Shown: positions 21,507-30,302 of the stretch, piece after piece
Numbering within the stretch: position 1 is the stretch's first letter
Layout of the letters: every line of letters begins with the position of its first letter
DNA from: Chloroflexota bacterium
Lineage (GTDB): Bacteria; Chloroflexota; Dehalococcoidia; DSGV01
Length of the DNA stretch: 64,000 nt
NCBI GenBank assembly: GCA_021787985.1
Contig: JAJYLG010000009.1
Location: forward strand, 141-64,140
Direction of reading: 5' to 3'
Translations under genes and position numbers: made by a program
The notes under the pieces: model-generated
Database searches by the model: none
The model's input: only the letters and a program-made list of their open reading frames with translations
Told to the model about the DNA's origin: nothing

Positions 21507-22883
21507 TCAGAAGCGGGTCAGGGCGCCCACGTGCCCGTACTCCGCCAGCCGAGCGCTGGCGTCTCCGCGAACGATGTCCAGCTCGGCGCCCTGCTCGAAG
21601 GCCCGGTCGATGAGCCGCCCGACCACATCGTCGCGTGCGACCAGCGCGGCGCCGCACAGACGACACGCGCCGCTGGCCACGGCGGTGAGGTGGCCGCAGT
21701 TGGGGCACTCCCATCCGTGATCCTCGTAGTTGGCGTTCACGATCAGCAGCATGAGTCGTTTCTCGCCGGCGGCGGCAAGCGTGTCCTCCCGGCCGCGCAC
21801 GCCGTTGGCGCCCTTGAGCGCGGCCGTGGTCACACGCTCGACGCGATCCGCCTCGACCTGCCGCTCCACGCGCTGCGCATGCTCGGTAACGAGCTGCAGC
21901 ATGCGGTCGGGCGGCGTGTCGACATCGGTGGCGATCTGGCCGCGCAACGCGTCTTGCAGTCGCGCGCTCAAGTGTGGCCGCAGCTCGGCCAGCGCCTCGC
22001 TGGGACCGCCGATGAGCAGATGGCGACAGGCGGCCTGCTCGAACAGCCGGTCGGCCGTCTCCACGGCGCGCTTCGCGTGCCAGAGGACGTGGGTCTCATG
22101 ATGGCGCTGGCGGCTCTCACCCTCGACCGACCAGCCTCCCGCCCTCGGTCGCGGGACGACCTCGTCGAGGAAAGCGCTGTAGTCCTCGATCTCGCCCATG
22201 AAGACGACGTAGATGCGCGCCTCGCGCTTGTCGAGCAGCAGCACCAGGTAGCGCTCGAACTCCTCGACGAGCACGGCCAGCGGGCGGATGAAGGGCCGGT
22301 CGGCGAATACGGCCTGGTCGCGCACGGGCACCGGCAGGCGAAACGCCCGCCACAGCCCCAGGCCCGGGCTGCTGATGATGGCGAGGCCGCGGCCGGTCCC
22401 GTCGTAGACGGTCTCCATCCAGCGCTCGACGCCCTCGGCCGCCGCTCGCGCGGCCGCGACCTTCCGGTCGGCGCGCGCCTCGATATCGCGCAGCGCTTGG
22501 CCGAGCATGGAGTGCAGCGCGTGGCGCGGCGTGTCGTAGTCGCGCCGCGTGGGCGAGAGATCGAGGTACACGCTCAGCACGGGCGACGACTCCGAGTGCA
22601 GGCCGCGCAAGTCGTCCAGCAGATCGGGCGTCGCCAGGTCGTAGCGCTTCGTGGGCACGACCTTCAGGCGTCGCAGTAGCTCTACCAGACGGTCGGCGGG
22701 CATCTGCTCCACGCCCTCGCGAGGGACGCGGCGAACGGCAGCGGTGACGCTCACGAGCTGCCTCACGCGCGTGGCGCACTCCAGGCAGTTGCGCGCGTGC
22801 GCGCTGACGCGGTCATACGTGGCCGGGTCGAGGTGCTTATCGACGAAGTCATCCAGCAGGGCGAATGCCTGGGCATGGTCCAT
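21507..22883 (-). CDS. Anti-sigma factor: N-terminal zf-HC2 anti-sigma domain fused to eRF1/Pelota-like (baeRF-type) domains 2 and 3 with GGQ replaced by GGW and a Zn-ribbon insert; no TM segment
   Basis: HARNCLEC (H-x3-C-x2-C) zf-HC2. Central region VVPRPRAGGWS...RQRHHETHVLWHAKRAVETADRLFEQAACRHLLIGGPSEALAEL aligns to eRF1 domain 2 (LPKKHGRGGQS...RKVAETAVQLF...LAGSADFKTEL). C-terminal EDTLAAAGEKRLMLLIV aligns to eRF1 domain 3 (EDTLKALEMGAVEILIV). CPNCG...CRLCG Zn ribbon. Confidence 0.65.
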   Translation of the reverse strand: MDHAQAFALLDDFVDKHLDPATYDRVSAHARNCLECATRVRQLVSVTAAVRRVPREGVEQMPADRLVELLRRLKVVPTKRYDLATPDLLDDLRGLHSESSPVLSVYLDLSPTRRDYDTPRHALHSMLGQALRDIEARADRKVAAARAAAEGVERWMETVYDGTGRGLAIISSPGLGLWRAFRLPVPVRDQAVFADRPFIRPLAVLVEEFERYLVLLLDKREARIYVVFMGEIEDYSAFLDEVVPRPRAGGWSVEGESRQRHHETHVLWHAKRAVETADRLFEQAACRHLLIGGPSEALAELRPHLSARLQDALRGQIATDVDTPPDRMLQLVTEHAQRVERQVEADRVERVTTAALKGANGVRGREDTLAAAGEKRLMLLIVNANYEDHGWECPNCGHLTAVASGACRLCGAALVARDDVVGRLIDRAFEQGAELDIVRGDASARLAEYGHVGALTRF

Positions 22884-22909
22884 GGCTTGCCTCCCGAGGC
22901 GAATCCGGA

Positions 22910-23578
22910 TCAGCGAACGCGAGTGCGTTCGCCGAAGAGGAGCTGGCGAAGGTGCTCGCGGGCGCCGCGGTAGAGGCGTCGTATCTCGTCCGGTCCCTGG
23001 CCGAAGATACGGGCGACTTCGCCGAGCGGGACGCGTTCGATGGCGACCAGCGTGAAGACACGGCGCTCGAGGCCGGGAAGCAGGTGAACGATGCGCTCGT
23101 ACTCGTCGGCGAGCGATGCGGCCTCGGTCGCCTCCGCCTCGAGCGGCGGCGGGGGTGGCGGCTCATCGCTGGAGGCGTAGGCGGGCAGGAAGTACGCCCA
23201 GAACGGACGGCCGTCGGGCGTCTCGCCCTCGCCGGACGGCGGCTGCAGGCCGCGCTCGCGACGGCCGCGGCGGACCTCGCGGTCCACCTGCTTGAGGACG
23301 AGGTGTCGTAGCCAGCCCCGCAGCGTGGCGCCCTCGGGCATGTGGTTCAGGTGGAGCATGGCCAGCAGCACCGCGTCATTCACCAGGTCGGCGGGCTCGA
23401 CCTCACCGGGGCCGAGATCGCCGAGCCGCTGGTGGGCGTCCAGCTCACGGGCGGCGAAGCGGTAGAGCGAATCAAGCTGAGGCTGGATCAGGCGCTCGAA
23501 CGCCTCGCGGTCTCCGGCGCGGGCGTCGTGCAGCAGGTGGAGGTCGTCAGCAGAGTGGAGCGCCCGGCGAGCGGCCAT
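22910..23578 (-). CDS. ECF-type RNA polymerase sigma factor (sigma-70 regions 2 and 4) with an unusually long Pro-rich linker
   Basis: Region 2 DREAFERLIQPQLDSLYRFAAR...ADLVNDAVL; region 4 LPGLERRVFTLVAIERVPLGEVARIFGQGPDEIRRLYRGAREHL. Insert PSGEGETPDGRPFWAYFLPAYASSDEPPPPPP between them. Confidence 0.8.
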   Translation of the reverse strand: MAARRALHSADDLHLLHDARAGDREAFERLIQPQLDSLYRFAARELDAHQRLGDLGPGEVEPADLVNDAVLLAMLHLNHMPEGATLRGWLRHLVLKQVDREVRRGRRERGLQPPSGEGETPDGRPFWAYFLPAYASSDEPPPPPPLEAEATEAASLADEYERIVHLLPGLERRVFTLVAIERVPLGEVARIFGQGPDEIRRLYRGAREHLRQLLFGERTRVR

Positions 23579-23744
23579 GTCAGTCCTCCAGTGGCGCGCC
23601 GGCCTTCGCCATGCTCAGCATGACGCGTTTACGTTAGAATTGTCAAGATAACGTACTGTTGTGGCGAGGTTGAATCGCTGGCCGCGAGCCCGCAGAACGA
23701 CCGACCCGGCTGGCGTGCTCTCCGATGGGCGACGCTCCGGTGGA

Positions 23745-24923
23745 CTAGCCGCGCGGCAGCCCGAGTCCCCGCATCGCGACGATGCCCCGCTGGATCTCGC
23801 TCGTGCCGCCGGCGATCGTCGCCGAGACGGTGGCGAGGTAGTTGTACGCCATGCGGCCGCCGATGCGGTGGTGGGCACTGGCGCCCTCCAGCGGGCCGTA
23901 GAGGCCGAGGAGCTGCACGCCGATGAGCGCCACGCGCTGGGCGAGCTCAGTGCTGTAGAGCTTGGCCGCCGACGCCTCGTGGTTCGGCACCAGGCCGCGC
24001 ATCTGCATCGAGACCACGCGGTAGGAGAGCATCCGGCCGACCTCGATCTCGATCGCCGCCTCGGCGAGTCGAGCGCGTACCTCCGGCCGGCGCGCCAGCT
24101 CGGGTCGGTGCTCACGGGCGTCCTCGATCAGGTCCTCGAACATCCGCCGAGCGTTGCTCGCGCCGGCGATGCTCGATCGCTCGAAGTCGAGCGAAAGCGC
24201 CAGGTGGTACCAGCCGCGGTTCAGCTCGCCCACCAGGCTCTTCTTGGAGATGCGAACGTCCTCGAAGAAGACCTGATTGAAGCTGTGGTCGTTCGCCATG
24301 TTGATCAGCGGCTGGATCGTGATCCCCGGCGCGCGCATGTCGTCGAGGATGAACATCGAGATGCCCCGGTGCTTGGGGGCGCCGGGATCGGTTCGCGCGG
24401 CGAGCCAGCCCTTGTTGGAGTGATGCGCGCCCGAGGTCCAGATCTTCTGGCCGTTGATGACCCATTCGTCGCCGTCGAGGACGGCGCGCGTCTGCAGCGC
24501 GGCCAGGTCAGAGCCCGCGCCCGGCTCGGAGTAGAGGGTGCACCAGACGTCGTCGGCGCCGGTGATGCGGGGGAGGTACTCCTGCTTCTGCTCTTCGGTA
24601 CCCAGGTGGATCAGGGCGGGGCCGACCCAGGCGACACCCATGGAGAAGGCCCCCGGCACGCGCCGGTACGCCACCTCCTCGTTGAAGAGCATCTGCTGCA
24701 TGTAGGTGGCGCCCAGCCCGCCGTACTCTTTCGGCCAGGCCATCGCCAGCCAGCCCCGTGTCGCGAGCCTGCGCGAGAACTCGCGCGACATCGCGAACGC
24801 TTCCGCCGTCCCGAAACCGTACTTGTCATCGACTCGCTGCCACTCGGCGGGCAGCTCCTCGTCGAAGAACGTACGCAGCTCGGACAGGAAGGCCTCGTCC
24901 TCGGCGGTCAGGCGAAAGTCCAC
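23745..24923 (-). CDS. Acyl-CoA dehydrogenase
   Basis: 392 aa; ACAD N, middle and C domains (GWLAMAWPKEYGG...; YSEPGAGSDLAALQTRA; C-terminal helical domain). Confidence 0.85.
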   Translation of the reverse strand: MDFRLTAEDEAFLSELRTFFDEELPAEWQRVDDKYGFGTAEAFAMSREFSRRLATRGWLAMAWPKEYGGLGATYMQQMLFNEEVAYRRVPGAFSMGVAWVGPALIHLGTEEQKQEYLPRITGADDVWCTLYSEPGAGSDLAALQTRAVLDGDEWVINGQKIWTSGAHHSNKGWLAARTDPGAPKHRGISMFILDDMRAPGITIQPLINMANDHSFNQVFFEDVRISKKSLVGELNRGWYHLALSLDFERSSIAGASNARRMFEDLIEDAREHRPELARRPEVRARLAEAAIEIEVGRMLSYRVVSMQMRGLVPNHEASAAKLYSTELAQRVALIGVQLLGLYGPLEGASAHHRIGGRMAYNYLATVSATIAGGTSEIQRGIVAMRGLGLPRG

Positions 24924-25212
24924 GGCAGTCCCTCCGCTGTTGGTGCCCGGCGCTCCGCTCGGGTCCGGTGGCAGGATAGCAGGCGGCGGCGCGATCGGCG
25001 GAGCGAAAAGGGAAGCGGGCCACGCCAGCCGGCGACCTGACTCGCCCGCGGGTCGGTGCTTCTCATGCCGCGGGTCACATGCGTCGGGGATTCTGTCCGG
25101 CTAGTCGGGAACGATCCGGTCTCCTCAAACGTTAAGAAAGCTGGAGGTGGGGCCGGAAACCGGCGGCGGCCGACGGCCGGTAACGGCCCTGCGCGCAGAA
25201 GGGAGACACGCT

Positions 25213-26166
25213 GTGAAGAAAAGGGCGGTTGTCGCGACGGTTCTCCTGGCCGCGGTGGCGGTCGGGCTATGGGTTGCGCTGCCGAGGGTCGGCCGTGACG
25301 GGACGGCGGCTCACGCGCAGAGCAACGACGTCCAGGTACGTCAGGGCCTGGCGGTGCTGGCCGCGGGCGCCGACGTGCCGGTCTCCGGCGGGATGCTCGC
25401 GGCGGGGATGGAGAGCGCGAGCGGCGCCGGCGCTACGCAGGGCGGCGTGGTCGTGCAGCAGGCAGGGCCGCTACCGGCCGGCGAGCGCGGCCTCTCGGTT
25501 CAGGGACAGGGTCAGGCCACCGCGGCGGCGAATACCGCGCGGCTGCAGTTCACGCTGATGCAGGGCGGCGGCCCGGTGCCGATGCCGGCCATCCCAGGGA
25601 AGGGCGAGGGAGGCTCACCGGTGCCGATGCCCGCCGTGTCTCCGATCACCGCGGACGACGTGAAGCCGGTGGTCGATGCCCTGGTCGCAGCCGGGGTGCC
25701 GTCGGGCGCCATCGAGGTGGACATCCTCCCCATGGGCGCGCCCTACGGGCGGGGCATTGCCAGGGTAACAGTGACGATCAATGCTCCCACCCAGAGCGGA
25801 CTGCGGAAGATCGTGACCGCGGCCAGCGACGCGGCTATTCAGACCGGCAAGCTGATGCTGCAAAACGTGGGAGCGCAGTTCGGCGTCAACGACTGCACGT
25901 CGTTGGAGAAGACCGCCCGCACGGCCGCGGTGAGCAACGCCAAGGACCGCGTGGCCGCGCTGGCGGCGGCGCTCGGCGTTCAGGTCGGTGATGTGCTCTT
26001 CGCGTCGGAGTACCCGAGCTTCGGTCCGTTCGGGCCGGGCGCGGCCACGTGCGGAAACTCTCCGAAGCCCGTCCCGGTGCCTGGATACTTCCCGCCCTAC
26101 GACCCGTCGGCTCCCCCGCAGGTGACGGTGACCACCATGGTCAACGTCGCCTGGGGCATCAAGTAG
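25213..26166 (+). CDS. SIMPL/DUF541-domain secreted protein
   Basis: Signal/TM then SIMPL-like repeats (ARLQFTL...; KDRVAALAAALGVQVGDVL). GTG start with AGGGAG RBS. Confidence 0.65.
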   Translation: MKKRAVVATVLLAAVAVGLWVALPRVGRDGTAAHAQSNDVQVRQGLAVLAAGADVPVSGGMLAAGMESASGAGATQGGVVVQQAGPLPAGERGLSVQGQGQATAAANTARLQFTLMQGGGPVPMPAIPGKGEGGSPVPMPAVSPITADDVKPVVDALVAAGVPSGAIEVDILPMGAPYGRGIARVTVTINAPTQSGLRKIVTAASDAAIQTGKLMLQNVGAQFGVNDCTSLEKTARTAAVSNAKDRVAALAAALGVQVGDVLFASEYPSFGPFGPGAATCGNSPKPVPVPGYFPPYDPSAPPQVTVTTMVNVAWGIK

Positions 26167-26278
26167 GAGGGCGCCCGAGACTCGCTCTGGGGTGGGGCGC
26201 GGGGGCGACGCCGGCCGGCGGCGCCCCCAGGGCGCCGTCAAGCCGCGTCGATGGCAGCCGCGCGCCGCGCGGCCGGCG

Positions 26279-27829
26279 CTACCGAGCAGCGGGCGGCGTG
26301 CCGATCGTGGCCGGAGGTGGCGCGAGGAAGCGGTCGAACAGCCCGGAGAGGTCGCAGCCGCAGGCCGACTGGACGGCGGAGCGGAAGGCCGCGCCGCTGG
26401 TCACGCGGTACATCTCCGCGCGGTAGTACGTTTGCAGGGCGCGCTCGAACACCGTGGCGCCCACCTGCTGCTCCAGCTGCTGGAGGAAGTACGCGCCCTT
26501 GCCGTAGACGACTCGGGCGTATTCCTTCTCGGTAGGGTACGCGGCCACGGGCAGGTTGATCGGCAGGTCGGCGGCGGTGCCCTCGATGCCGCGGTAAGGG
26601 TTGAGCACGATCGCGCCTTCCAGCGCCGCGAACGCATCCGGATGACGGTCCTCGTACCAGCGCAGCGCGCTGTAGTTGGCGAACGGCTCGTCGAGCCACG
26701 GTTCGTCGACCTGGTTGTCGCCCACCACGCCGTACCACCACTGGTGCGCCAGCTCGTGCGCCAGGGTGAAACCGAGCGACGGCCCGCCGCGGGTGAAGAC
26801 GCCGCCCGGGAGCTCGACCGCCATCGGCCACTCCACGCCGCCGGCGGTCACCGGCCCCTCGACGATCACCAGCCGCCGGTACGGGTACGGCCCGAAGCGC
26901 CGCTCGAAGTAGGTCATGATGTCGGCGGCGAGGTCGAGCGCTTGCTCGGCCGCTGCGCGGAGCTCCGGCGAGGTCGCCACGGTGATCCGGACGCCGTCGC
27001 CGGTGGTACGCGAGACCTCCTGGTACGAGTCGGCGACGATGGCGAAGAAGTCGCGCACGGGCGCGGCGGCGTATCGCAGCGTGCTCCCATCACCCGGCAG
27101 CGGCGCACCCGAGCCCCAGACGCGGAAGCCCCGCGGGACGCGCAGCTCAACGAGGTAGCCGCCCGCCTGGGAGAAGACCTGGTCGCCATCCGGCGGCGCG
27201 TCATCGGTGAACCATCCGCCGGCCCGGTAGGGCGCGACCTGCGGATACCAGCTCACCAGCGTCACCAAGTGCGGGTCGGCGTGGAAGAGGTTGTAGCCCT
27301 CGCTGGACGTGGCCGGCAGGTGCAGGCGGAAGTCGAGCGCGACCTCGGCGGTCCCGCCGTCCGCGAGCGGCGGGTCGAGCGGCACGCGCAGCACGGTGCG
27401 GCTGGGCGAAAGGAGCGGCGTGACGGCGCGGCCGCCCACGCGCGCGGCCGTGACCTGCATGTCGGCGCCGTTGTACGGCAGGTTGGCGTACAGGCGGAAG
27501 ACGAGCGCATCTCGCGGCGCGCCGGTGCGGTTGACCCAGCGCACGTCCTCGCTGCCGCTGACGGAGGCCGCCGCCGGGTCGACTTGGGCGCGGATGTGGT
27601 ACTGCAGGTCCTGCGCGAAGCGGAGGTCGGCCGCGCGGCCCGGGCGGAGCGCGTCGCCGAGCTCGCCGACGGGCAGCGGGGTAGCGGTGGGGGGCGCGGT
27701 GGCGCTCGGCGGCGTGCCGGTGGCGGGTGTCGGGGCGATCGCGGACTTGCCACCGCAAGCGGCCGCCCCGAGGACGAGGAGGGCGACCCCCGCGGCGCGG
27801 AAAGGGAAACGACCCGGCGCACGCAACAT
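26279..27829 (-). CDS. M1-family zinc aminopeptidase, lipoprotein
   Basis: Lipobox LVLGAAAC; HELAHQWWYG (HEXXH) plus downstream E. 516 aa. Confidence 0.8.
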   Translation of the reverse strand: MLRAPGRFPFRAAGVALLVLGAAACGGKSAIAPTPATGTPPSATAPPTATPLPVGELGDALRPGRAADLRFAQDLQYHIRAQVDPAAASVSGSEDVRWVNRTGAPRDALVFRLYANLPYNGADMQVTAARVGGRAVTPLLSPSRTVLRVPLDPPLADGGTAEVALDFRLHLPATSSEGYNLFHADPHLVTLVSWYPQVAPYRAGGWFTDDAPPDGDQVFSQAGGYLVELRVPRGFRVWGSGAPLPGDGSTLRYAAAPVRDFFAIVADSYQEVSRTTGDGVRITVATSPELRAAAEQALDLAADIMTYFERRFGPYPYRRLVIVEGPVTAGGVEWPMAVELPGGVFTRGGPSLGFTLAHELAHQWWYGVVGDNQVDEPWLDEPFANYSALRWYEDRHPDAFAALEGAIVLNPYRGIEGTAADLPINLPVAAYPTEKEYARVVYGKGAYFLQQLEQQVGATVFERALQTYYRAEMYRVTSGAAFRSAVQSACGCDLSGLFDRFLAPPPATIGTPPAAR

Positions 27830-27927
27830 GCGCTTGTATGGTAGCGGGTGCGGGTTGCTCCGCCGGCGCGACCGCTAGCGCGACGGAGAGATGGGGACGA
27901 CTCGCCGGTGGACGCGGCCGCCACGCG

Positions 27928-28578
27928 TTATGGAACTACCCAACGGATGGTCGCTCGGGAGCGCAGCTCCGCCACCAGGCGATCTTTGGCCTGACGGCGA
28001 GCGGCGGTATCTGACGTGGCGCCGCCGGGCGCATGCGTGTACAGCGACTCCAGCAGCTTGCCGATGATCCGCTGGTCCTCGTACGCTCGGATGACCCTCG
28101 GGTCGTCGAGCCACTGGGACCAGGTCTGGTCGCCGTACGACCCGAGGGCGAGCTCGGTTACCTGCGCCCGCCCCTGGGGGGAAAGCGAGTCCAGGCTGGC
28201 GACGACATCCCGCATCGCCGGGAGCACCTCCTCAGCCGTCGCGGTGTAGCCGCGGCGCGCCGCTTCCTGGCGCAGCAGGACCTGCTGTTCGATGACCTGT
28301 TTCGCCTGTGGCGCGAAGTGCTCGAGCGGTTCGCTGCTCGGAGCGTGTGACTGCCATCGGAGCCGCGCCTCCTCCTGCAGCAGCCACTCGCGCGCCACCG
28401 GCTCGCCGTTGATCCAGCCGACGGTTGCAGGGTACTTCGGTGTGTTGATGGGGCTGAGCCACGGCACCGCCTGGCCCGGCCCTTGCCGCAGAGCGTACCG
28501 AGTTCCGGCTGCCACGCCGGCGATCGCCAGCAGCCCGGCCGGCAGCAGCAGCGACTTGCGCGTGAGTAGGGCCCTCAT
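27928..28578 (-). CDS. Secreted SurA-N-like chaperone-domain protein (hypothetical)
   Basis: N-terminal signal peptide, 216 aa, weak SurA N-terminal-domain resemblance. Confidence 0.45.
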   Translation of the reverse strand: MRALLTRKSLLLPAGLLAIAGVAAGTRYALRQGPGQAVPWLSPINTPKYPATVGWINGEPVAREWLLQEEARLRWQSHAPSSEPLEHFAPQAKQVIEQQVLLRQEAARRGYTATAEEVLPAMRDVVASLDSLSPQGRAQVTELALGSYGDQTWSQWLDDPRVIRAYEDQRIIGKLLESLYTHAPGGATSDTAARRQAKDRLVAELRSRATIRWVVP

Positions 28579-28673
28579 GAACTGGTCTGCCCTGGAGGCC
28601 GGCGGAGGCGCCGCGGGCCGACATGTGCTTCTATTCTAGCTGGTGGCTCTCGCCACTTGCGAGGAGGCAACCC

Positions 28674-29333
28674 ATGGGCCGCAGGCTGCTCCATCCGCAC
28701 GAGGCACGCCGGCTGCTGACGCCCGGGCCGGTGGTGCTGGTGACTACCCGCTTCGCCGGCCTGACAGACGTGGCGCCGGTCGCCTGGTGCGCGCCGCTGT
28801 CGGCCGAGCCGACGCTGATCGGGATCGCCCTGCATCCGGCGCGCCACACGCACGATATGGTGCGTGCGTCCGGCGAGTTCGCGCTGAGCATCCCCGGTCG
28901 GCGGCTGCTGCACCACGTGCAGTACTTCGGCACGACGAGCGGGCTGGAAGAGGACAAGCTCGGGCGGTCGAAGCTGCCCTGGTTTCGTGGCGAGCACGTG
29001 TCGGCGCCGCTGCTGGAAGGTTGCCTCGGCTGGATCGAGTGCTCCGTGGAGGACGCGCGCGCCGTTGGCGACCACACGCTCTATATCGGCCGGCTGTGGT
29101 CCGCGCAGGCGCTCACCGAGGCGTTCGACGACTACTGGCTGCTGGAGGATGCGGACTTCGCGCCGCTGCACTACCTGGGGGGCGACCGCTACGCCGTGCT
29201 GAACGAGGTGCTGCAGGCGCAGCCGCCCGAGGACCGCGAGAAGTTCGCCGACGAGATCGCACGGCAGCAGCGCGAGGAGGCGGAGCGCGAGGCGGAGGCG
29301 GAGGCCGAACGTCAGCGACGCGGCGAGGGGTAG
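28674..29333 (+). CDS. Flavin reductase-like (FMN-binding split-barrel) domain protein with acidic/charged C-terminal tail
   Basis: GGAGG RBS; LTPGPVVLVTTRFAG...VAPVAWCAPLS flavin_reduct motif. Confidence 0.7.
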   Translation: MGRRLLHPHEARRLLTPGPVVLVTTRFAGLTDVAPVAWCAPLSAEPTLIGIALHPARHTHDMVRASGEFALSIPGRRLLHHVQYFGTTSGLEEDKLGRSKLPWFRGEHVSAPLLEGCLGWIECSVEDARAVGDHTLYIGRLWSAQALTEAFDDYWLLEDADFAPLHYLGGDRYAVLNEVLQAQPPEDREKFADEIARQQREEAEREAEAEAERQRRGEG

Positions 29334-29513
29334 AGGGGCGACGTGGCCCGTCGCGGAGGGTGTGCGAGGATACCGAGGCGAATCCGCGAATGAGCGCACA
29401 TGGCCGCCGATGGGCCCGGCCGACGCGGGCGCGTCCGCCATCGGCGGCAGGCCCGCGGCGAGCCCCCTGCGGTTCTAGCAGGGTGTTGAAGAATCTGTTT
29501 CGACCATCCCCCC

Positions 29514-29596
29514 ACCCCCTTCCTGGCCAGGAAGGGGGCACGTTTCGTATCTGGGGGGACACCCCCAGGCCCCCGGCAGAGGGGTCAGACCCCTCT
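29514..29596. repeat. Three tandem perfect GC-rich palindromic hairpins (CCCCCTTCCTGG|CCAGGAAGGGGG; CTGGGGG-ACA-CCCCCAG; CAGAGGGGTC-A-GACCCCTCTG) between convergent genes
   Basis: Seen directly in sequence. Likely bidirectional terminator array or REP-like element. Confidence 0.5.
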
Positions 29597-29620
29597 GGAC
29601 TCCCCCTTCTTAGCGACCTG

Positions 29621-30166
29621 CTAGGCGAAGAGCGCGGCCAGCGGCAGCGTGATGTCCGGGAAGAGCGCGCAGGTGAGCGTGTCGCCCGCGCCGAGGGGCG
29701 GGAGCTCGCGGTAGCCTTCTGGGGCGTGCTCGTAGACGCGGGCGGTCTGGGCGTCGGGGTCGACGACCCAGTAGAAGCGGACGCCGAAGCGGGCGTAGAT
29801 GCGGAGCTTGGCGCCGAGGTCGCGCTCGCGGGTGCCCTCGGAGAGGACCTCGACGATGAGGTCGGGAGCGCCGCGGACGTTCTCCTCGGTGATGATGTGC
29901 AAGCGGTCGCTGCGGACGAAGAGCAGGTCGGGCTGGACCACGTTGCGCTCGTCGAGCAGCACATCGAACGGGGCCGTGTACCCTTCGCCGTAACCAGCCT
30001 GCACGGCCCTGTCCAGCAGGTGTGTGAGTCGCCAGACAATCCGCTGATGCTTGCGCTTGGGCGATGGGCTCACGGCAAGCTCCCCGTCGAGGATCTCGTA
30101 GCGTTTGCCGTCGTCGGGCATCTGGCGTAGGTGCGCGTAGCTGAAGACCGGCGGGATGATGGTCAT
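29621..30166 (-). CDS. Uma2-family (DUF820, PD-(D/E)XK) endonuclease, copy 1
   Basis: 181 aa MTIIPPVFSYAHLRQMPDDGKRYEILDGEL...DLLFV...EVLSEGTRERDLGAKLRIYARFGVRFYWVVDP. About 90% identical paralog at 49579..50124 including about 30 nt of leader. Confidence 0.8.
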   Translation of the reverse strand: MTIIPPVFSYAHLRQMPDDGKRYEILDGELAVSPSPKRKHQRIVWRLTHLLDRAVQAGYGEGYTAPFDVLLDERNVVQPDLLFVRSDRLHIITEENVRGAPDLIVEVLSEGTRERDLGAKLRIYARFGVRFYWVVDPDAQTARVYEHAPEGYRELPPLGAGDTLTCALFPDITLPLAALFA

Positions 30167-30302
30167 CGTGGCTGTCGTCCTGCGTTGAGCATACACCGGC
30201 CCGTGGGCATGTGTGGGCGAAGCGCAGGAGCCATCCTGCTCGGTCGTCGCCGCGCGGCTCGGAGCGTTGTACGAGACATAAGCGCTCCCGGGGCGCCTCG
30301 TC

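Noticed and set aside
21531-22779. ORFs 21531..22679 (+) and 22117..22779 (-) within the anti-sigma gene
   Set aside because: Off-frame or antisense artefacts. The 21507..22883 frame carries the zf-HC2 and eRF1-like motifs.
28643-30130. 495-aa + ORF (and 49189..50334 minus ORF)
   Set aside because: They read through the antisense of the Uma2 genes and neighbouring genes. The repeated ERGQRQRDVREERAGERVA text is the antisense of the duplicated Uma2 coding sequence, not a real repeat protein.
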